NCBI GenBank assembly: GCA_040752695.1
Contig: JBFMGO010000060.1
Location: 1-33,967 of the forward strand
Direction of reading: 5' to 3'
Length of the DNA stretch: 33,967 bases
Source: a bacterium
GTDB lineage: Bacteria > SZUA-182 > DTGQ01
Shown here: in pieces, positions 28,510-33,967 of the stretch
Numbering within the stretch: the first letter of the stretch is position 1
Layout: the number at the start of each line of letters is the position of its first letter
Made by a program: the position numbers and the translations under genes
Notes under the pieces: model-generated
What the model saw: only the letters and a program-made list of their open reading frames with translations
Database searches by the model: none
What the model was told of the DNA's origin: nothing

Positions 28510-31500
28510 GTGAGGAAGAAGAAAATGAAAAATATGTCATTTAAAATCCTTACATCAGTGTTGTTTGGATTATTATTCAGCCTATCCTTACCCATAGGAT
28601 ATGTGACCAATGCCTACTCCCAGCAGGCCTATGTAATAGAAGATATTTCATATGACCCTGTAACTCAAATTTATACTTATACCTACACCCTCAAGAATCT
28701 TGGGAAAAAAAAGGTGTGGTGGTGGGGCATATGGTACTCTGAAGACCCCAAAGCCATCCTCGATGACTCCACTATTGATGCGAATGGCTTCGCACCTACT
28801 GACCTGACTGATTGCAGCACCGGATGGAAATCAACAGCACCGCCAAGACGTATGGGCTATTATCTGTATAACGGTCCTAATGGAGAACCGGGCTTTTATT
28901 CCACCTATACCAGTGACTTTCAATCAGCGAATGAACCGATCACTCCCGATGCTCTTAACTTGACCAAGATTGGAGGTCAGTGGGGATGGAATGGTGAGGG
29001 TGCCAATATCCTGACTGCTTACGGCGTCCAAAACGGAGATGACGGTTATTACGTAATAAGATCCAAAAAATATTTTCCGGAAAACAAGAAATTCTTTTAT
29101 AATACGAACGACTATTGGAACTCATCTTTCGATGCCAAAACTGGCCAGCTTGTCATCAAGGGATTTGAATTCGTCTCTACCACCCAACGCTCTTACAGCA
29201 TCCGTACATCCCTGGCTCAAGGATATAATCTTATATCACAGCCAGTTGCAGAGTTACTTACCCCGGATCTTTCCATTATTTCCTACCAGGCATCTTCTCT
29301 TTTAAGCACCATACCAGGATGCCAGAAGATTATCGGATTCGATCCACTGTCACAAACGACAGAAAGTTATCTTTTCTGGAATGGCACCCCGTACGGAGAT
29401 GACTTTCCGATTATTCCCGGTGAGGCCTACTATGCTGAGGTATCTGAAGCTACTTCCTTTAACTTCGATGGCCTGATAGCTCAGGCACCAAGTACCCTGA
29501 ACTTAAGCCAGGGTTACAATTTCGTTTCCTTCATCTACGGACCCAAGATGCCTGATGATGCCAGAACAGGTTATACCTCAGCTACCCTTCTGACAGCGCT
29601 TCCAGGGTGTAAATCCGTTATCCGGTTTAATTCCCTTTCACAAAAAACCGAGTCCTACCGCTCCTGGGCCGGATATGCACTGGGAACAGAGTTCGATATT
29701 CGTGTCGGAGAAGGATATATGGTTGAGGTCTTAAACGATGTTACCTGGACACCTGAGAAACTTTCCCTGTCAACAGTGCGTTCCAGATTGGGTGATGAAT
29801 ATCCCTCCTATAGCCTGACCTCTTCTAATCTCTCCACACCGGTTATCTCGGATATCAGGGAATCATATCAGACTGCCGGATCTGTAACCATATCCTGGCT
29901 GACCGATATCGATTGCCAGGGGGAAGTCCACTATAGCACGGACATGGGTCTTGCGGATTATGCTGTCGTAAAGGACAGCCGCACAGGGAAAATCCACCGA
30001 GTGGAACTGAATGGTTTACAACCGGGAAGACTCTGTTACTATGAAGTTCAGTCAGGGGCAACCAGAGACGACAATAACGGGTACTTCTATCGGTATACTC
30101 CTTTGCAGCCATCCTCACCGCTTGATAATCTTTTCATCGGTGGGCGTGTTCTCAGGGCAGACGAAAGCCCGGTGTCCGGGGGACTGGTGTTTATAACTAC
30201 GAGCCACGATGGAGTTAACTCCTATCCTCTGTCTACCGTGACTGACAAAAACGGGATCTGGGTTTTAAACCTTGCCGATCTTAAAGACTCGGTAGGCGGA
30301 GATTCATTGCAAAAGAGTCTGAATGATCCGATCTCCATTGAAGTTAATGGTGGAGGGGGGTGGCAAAGTGAAGAGATGATAATCTCCGACCTGACTGAAG
30401 AGGAGGGCTATATCCTGATCCTGAACGCTTCTGCACTCCCGCCGGTTACTCCCCTGGTTGTTGCTACCCCCGTTTTGTCGCCAGCATTTGAAGCTTTCAG
30501 AATCTCAATACGCGTTACCATCACCTGTAATACCGAAGGAGCTGTCATCCGCTACACTACGAATGGAAATGATCCAACCGAACAATCAACTGCCTACACC
30601 GGTCCCCTGGTCGTGACAACTGATACCACGGTCAAGGCCAAGGGTTTTAAGAGTGGCTATACCCCAAGTGATACCGCATCCGGAACCTATTCAAAGGTAA
30701 AAGAATCAGTAGCCACACCAATCATTTCTCCGGTATCAGGAGCCTTTGCCGATTCAATACGGGTAGAGATTTCCTGCAGTACTCAAGGGGCTACTATCCA
30801 CTATACCAAAGATGGGAGTGAACCGACAGCAAACTCCCTGGTCTACACCACTCCCCTGATCTTAAACAGAACCACGACTATCAAGGCGAAAGGGTTTAAG
30901 AATGGCTATTCCCCAAGCGATACTGCAAGCGAGACCTTTACCAGGATGGGCAAAGTTGATACCCCGGTCCTTTCTCCCATATCTTACACCTTTTCCGATA
31001 CCATCAACGTTTCCATCCGGTGTGCCACCCAAGGAACCGTCATTCACTACACTATGGATGGAAGTGAACCAACCGAAAATTCACCCGTCTATACTGCTCC
31101 CCTGATGGTAGCGAAGAGCACCACGATCAAGGCCAAGGCTTATAAGAACGGCTTTACCCCAAGCGATACCACAAACGGAACCTATACCGCCAAAGTTTCC
31201 ACACCTACCCTCTCACCGGCACCCCGCACTTTCTCTGATCCGATAGCTGTTACCATAAGCTGCGCCTCCCCAGACGCCGTTATCTGCTATACAACGGATG
31301 GAAGTGAACCAACCGAAAATTCACCCGTCTATGCTGCTTCCCTGACCCTTACCGAGACCGCTACAGTCAAGGCGAAAGGTTTCAAGAGCGGCTTCACCCC
31401 GAGTGAGACCGCAAGCGGGACCTATACGAGGATAAAAGCAAAAGTATCCACTCCTATCCTCTTCCCGGCACCTGGACCTTTTGCTCACTCAATCATCGTT

Positions 31501-32139
31501 TCGATAAGCTGTAATACGCAAGGGGCCGATATCCACTATACGATGGATGGAAGCGAACCAACCACAACCTCACCAATCTATACCGCTCCTTTGTCTCTGA
31601 CCGATAAGACCACGATCAAGGCCAAAGGATTTAAGAGTGATTGGGACCCAAGCGATACAACCAGCGGGACCTATACAAAAATCATGGAGAAAGTCGCTAC
31701 ACCTGTTCTTTCTCCCTCCTCTGGCACCTTTGCCAACTCAATGACCGTTACCATAAGCTGTGCTACCAAAGGAGCCGATATCCGCTATACCACAGATGGA
31801 AGCGAACCTGATGAACAATCTTCCGCCTATACATCTCCCCTGATCATGACAAAGACCAGCACACTTAAGGTAAAAGGATTCAAGAGCGGCTTTACCCCAA
31901 GTGATACTACGCGTGGGAAATATATCAAGGAAGCATCCAGGCAACCAATCTCCACCACGAATCCCTTACCATGGACTGTACCATCTCTGCCTTCTTATCA
32001 ACCTTGGTCTAATAGTTCTACTCCAACCTGGCAGACATATCAATCCTCATCATCATGGTCTTCCTTTGACTGGACGGGCTATCAATCCGCAGCTAATCCC
32101 TATCTTGGGAATTATCAAATATTTACTTCAGGTTTCTAG
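28510..32139 (+). CDS. Large secreted multidomain protein with a Fn3-like domain and six chitobiase/beta-hexosaminidase C-terminal (Fn3-associated) repeats
   Basis: Signal peptide (basic N-terminus, hydrophobic core, AYS), two LxQGYNxxS repeats, a VTISWLTD...HRVELNGLQPG Fn3-like unit, six VxTPxxxP...YTxDGSEP...IKAKGFK-type units and an S/W/Y/Q/P-rich tail. The start could be ATG 28525 or 28534. Confidence 0.8.
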   Translation: MRKKKMKNMSFKILTSVLFGLLFSLSLPIGYVTNAYSQQAYVIEDISYDPVTQIYTYTYTLKNLGKKKVWWWGIWYSEDPKAILDDSTIDANGFAPTDLTDCSTGWKSTAPPRRMGYYLYNGPNGEPGFYSTYTSDFQSANEPITPDALNLTKIGGQWGWNGEGANILTAYGVQNGDDGYYVIRSKKYFPENKKFFYNTNDYWNSSFDAKTGQLVIKGFEFVSTTQRSYSIRTSLAQGYNLISQPVAELLTPDLSIISYQASSLLSTIPGCQKIIGFDPLSQTTESYLFWNGTPYGDDFPIIPGEAYYAEVSEATSFNFDGLIAQAPSTLNLSQGYNFVSFIYGPKMPDDARTGYTSATLLTALPGCKSVIRFNSLSQKTESYRSWAGYALGTEFDIRVGEGYMVEVLNDVTWTPEKLSLSTVRSRLGDEYPSYSLTSSNLSTPVISDIRESYQTAGSVTISWLTDIDCQGEVHYSTDMGLADYAVVKDSRTGKIHRVELNGLQPGRLCYYEVQSGATRDDNNGYFYRYTPLQPSSPLDNLFIGGRVLRADESPVSGGLVFITTSHDGVNSYPLSTVTDKNGIWVLNLADLKDSVGGDSLQKSLNDPISIEVNGGGGWQSEEMIISDLTEEEGYILILNASALPPVTPLVVATPVLSPAFEAFRISIRVTITCNTEGAVIRYTTNGNDPTEQSTAYTGPLVVTTDTTVKAKGFKSGYTPSDTASGTYSKVKESVATPIISPVSGAFADSIRVEISCSTQGATIHYTKDGSEPTANSLVYTTPLILNRTTTIKAKGFKNGYSPSDTASETFTRMGKVDTPVLSPISYTFSDTINVSIRCATQGTVIHYTMDGSEPTENSPVYTAPLMVAKSTTIKAKAYKNGFTPSDTTNGTYTAKVSTPTLSPAPRTFSDPIAVTISCASPDAVICYTTDGSEPTENSPVYAASLTLTETATVKAKGFKSGFTPSETASGTYTRIKAKVSTPILFPAPGPFAHSIIVSISCNTQGADIHYTMDGSEPTTTSPIYTAPLSLTDKTTIKAKGFKSDWDPSDTTSGTYTKIMEKVATPVLSPSSGTFANSMTVTISCATKGADIRYTTDGSEPDEQSSAYTSPLIMTKTSTLKVKGFKSGFTPSDTTRGKYIKEASRQPISTTNPLPWTVPSLPSYQPWSNSSTPTWQTYQSSSSWSSFDWTGYQSAANPYLGNYQIFTSGF
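30460..31930 (+). repeat. Six intragenic tandem repeats of ~240-250 bp
   Basis: Six homologous ~82-aa units; an identical 37-bp block at 31056-31092 and 31296-31332. Confidence 0.9.
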
Positions 32140-32198
32140 GACATTTTAAGACTTTTTGACCTAGTAGGTGTGTTTACGTTCTTCTCTTCTTCCCTAAA

Positions 32199-32227
32199 GA
32201 CTCCTCTCCTGCTCAAGGAGAGGGGTC
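32199..32227. terminator. Stem-loop downstream of the large protein gene (terminator-like or REP-like)
   Basis: gactcctctcct-gctca-aggagaggggtc: 12 bp with one G-U pair, extendable by flanking pyrimidine and purine tracts. Confidence 0.5.
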
Positions 32228-32301
32228 AGGAAGAGGAGGAGGAAAAGGAAAAATGAAACGGTACGAAAATGTGAAGAGAGACGATAGTAGGTGGTAATAG
32301 T

Positions 32302-33162
32302 ATGAAAAATTTTCAAATTGAGATCGGTGGCATTCCGGTTTTAATCAAATCCGATGAGTCAAGGTTTATGCAGCTTATCGCTGAAAAGTATCAAGCGTTT
32401 GCCTCGCCTTGCGCCCAGATACCGGAAAAGGATTCTTTGACGATTTCCCCTCCAGCTCAAGCTGCTTTTATCCAACTGTACATGGACATCCGATCAAAGG
32501 AAAAGGAAGAGGGAAAATGGGATACACTAATCGAAGAAAAATTATGGATAGATGTTTCTTATCATAACAACCGATTTTTAATCCGCAGGCCGGATCTGGA
32601 GGCAGAAGTTAATCTAAACAACATGACTGCCCGCGTTACCAACAGGGCTGCAATCTATAGTTTTGATTCCTTTTTACGGATTCTCTATTCTTTGATTCTT
32701 GTTCAAGAAGGGGGTTTTCTTCTGCATGCAGCATCAGTAGTGAGAGATGGACAAGGTTATGTGTTTATGGGAAAATCAGGGGCGGGGAAATCTACTCTTG
32801 CCGCTCACTGCCCGGAGCAATCGGTTTTAAGTGATGAGATTTCCCTGGTCAGGAAGGTCGAGTCAAAGTATATTCTCTACAGTACTCCCTTTTGGGGGGA
32901 ACAGGAAATTAAGGGTGGAAATTTTTGTTTTCCCCTCAAGGGAATTTACCAACTGAAACAAAGCCCCCGACTGCATTCCAGAAAACTGACGGCACGGGAT
33001 GCTCTCAGCAGGCTGATGGGAAATATCTTATATTTTAGCCGGGAACAATTCCTGACCAGGCAATTATTCCAAAATTGCTATGACTTCATTCAACATATGA
33101 CAATTTATGAGCTTGAATTTCAAAAAAATACTTCTTTTTGGGACGTCATCGATGAGAGATAA
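32302..33162 (+). CDS. HPr kinase-related P-loop protein (RiPP-associated kinase type)
   Basis: LLHAASV, Walker A MGKSGAGKST, VLSDE and STPFWGE; lacks the N-terminal domain of canonical HprK. Confidence 0.8.
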   Translation: MKNFQIEIGGIPVLIKSDESRFMQLIAEKYQAFASPCAQIPEKDSLTISPPAQAAFIQLYMDIRSKEKEEGKWDTLIEEKLWIDVSYHNNRFLIRRPDLEAEVNLNNMTARVTNRAAIYSFDSFLRILYSLILVQEGGFLLHAASVVRDGQGYVFMGKSGAGKSTLAAHCPEQSVLSDEISLVRKVESKYILYSTPFWGEQEIKGGNFCFPLKGIYQLKQSPRLHSRKLTARDALSRLMGNILYFSREQFLTRQLFQNCYDFIQHMTIYELEFQKNTSFWDVIDER

Positions 33163-33177
33163 AAAAAACTTGATCCC

Positions 33178-33765
33178 TCAGTGGCCCTTCAGATTCAAAA
33201 AAGAGCACAAAAAATACAGAATGCACCAAAATCCTCTGTGCCCTATCTTATAGATAAGCTCCAGCCTCTGGTTATCTCTTCCCTCTTCTATAAAGGTATA
33301 AATCATTCCAACTGTCTTATAAAACCTTAATAGTTTTCGATTTCGTCTTTGCCAAGGACCAGGCTGCAACCTTTGAAAAATTTCCGGATGGCCTTCAATA
33401 TCCATTACTATGCCTACGATCTCTTCCGGATAACATACCTTGGGAAAGTAATCGTTGTCTCCCTTTTCCCAAAAGGAAAGCTGGCCTTTAAGGAAAAATC
33501 TGGCTACGATTCGGTGAATGATTAAGACATGCTGTTGTGCTGCCTCTGAGGGTGAAAATCTGTGATCAGAGGATGCAAATTTGCAAGAAGAAAAAGGCTT
33601 TTTTTTCTTGAAAATGACGATTCTGCCGATCTGGAGGTCACAGCCGGCATCAAAATCTGTCCAGACTTTGGCTAGCAGGGATTGTCCATCGGGAAATACT
33701 CCATCCATGCTATTTCCCTTGATATTGACTTTCCAGGTATCAATATTCGCCATTATGAAATGCAA
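33178..33765 (-). CDS. S24/S26 signal-peptidase-like protein
   Basis: IKGNSM...DG (catalytic Ser), IIHRIV and EKGDN, matching the Ser-His SipW/Sec11-like pattern; no N-terminal TM anchor. Confidence 0.72.
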   Translation of the reverse strand: MHFIMANIDTWKVNIKGNSMDGVFPDGQSLLAKVWTDFDAGCDLQIGRIVIFKKKKPFSSCKFASSDHRFSPSEAAQQHVLIIHRIVARFFLKGQLSFWEKGDNDYFPKVCYPEEIVGIVMDIEGHPEIFQRLQPGPWQRRNRKLLRFYKTVGMIYTFIEEGRDNQRLELIYKIGHRGFWCILYFLCSFLNLKGH

Positions 33766-33837
33766 TTCTGTTTAAGAAGATAATTCTTCTTTAAGAAGAT
33801 ATTTTCATTTTACATGGTAATTTTCTTTTACGAGGTG

Positions 33838-33873
33838 TAAAAGAAAAAGCCCGCACAATAAGGTATGCGGGCT
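33838..33873 (-). terminator. Rho-independent terminator downstream of the 5S rRNA gene
   Basis: 8-bp stem agcccgca/tgcgggct (33848-33873) followed on the minus strand by a U-rich run. Confidence 0.75.
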
Positions 33874-33887
33874 ATAAGAGAGAATAA

Positions 33888-33967
33888 TCTCGGCGGCGAC
33901 CTACTCTCCCACATTGAGATAATGCAGTACCATCGGCGCAGAAGAGCTTAACTGCCGTGTTCGGAAT
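33888..33967 (-). rRNA. rrf: 5S rRNA, 3' portion (truncated by the window end)
   Basis: The reverse complement reads ATTCCGAACACGGCAGTTAAGCTCTTCTGCGCCGATGGTACTGC...GTGGGAGAGTAGGTCGCCGCCGAG, a canonical 5S sequence. Confidence 0.96.

Noticed and set aside
30460..31930. CRISPR array
   Set aside because: The repeats are ~240-bp coding units with no repeat-spacer pattern, and no cas genes are present.
32302..33162. Canonical HprK/P of carbon catabolite control
   Set aside because: Only the P-loop core matches; the N-terminal domain and downstream HprK signature are absent, and the context is RiPP-like.
470..33775. Numerous short antisense and alternate-frame ORFs in the track
   Set aside because: They lie largely within well-supported genes and show no recognisable motifs, so they are treated as shadow ORFs.

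Overview
The window holds three parts. (1) 1-24839 (+): the distal part of a large Wzx/Wzy-type surface-polysaccharide locus. It encodes an acyl-CoA ligase (partial), two PP-loop amidation enzymes, a sulfotransferase, a flippase, a polymerase, two GT4s, a CE4 deacetylase, a radical SAM enzyme, a priming transferase, a WbpB/E/D-like trio, an O-antigen ligase, and a transaldolase/isomerase/kinase/phosphatase/nucleotidyltransferase set for an NDP-heptose or NDP-octose. (2) 24897-33765: an apparently uncharacterised RiPP-like system with an NTP_transf_5-type nucleotidyltransferase, a PqqD/RRE protein, a radical SAM/SPASM enzyme, an HPr-kinase-like protein and an S24/S26-like peptidase. Its 54-aa precursor at 27760-27924 is missing from the ORF track; it has a YxxP leader, a Cys-rich core and a C-terminal Ser. 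The cluster is interrupted by a ~316-nt highly base-paired candidate ncRNA and a 1209-aa secreted protein with six tandem repeats. (3) The 3' part of a 5S rRNA gene and its terminator on the minus strand. Also seen: a MITE-like element, an uncalled 30-aa ORF, and a diverged duplication bracketing a likely inserted cassette. All family calls come from reading motifs by eye; no searches were run.
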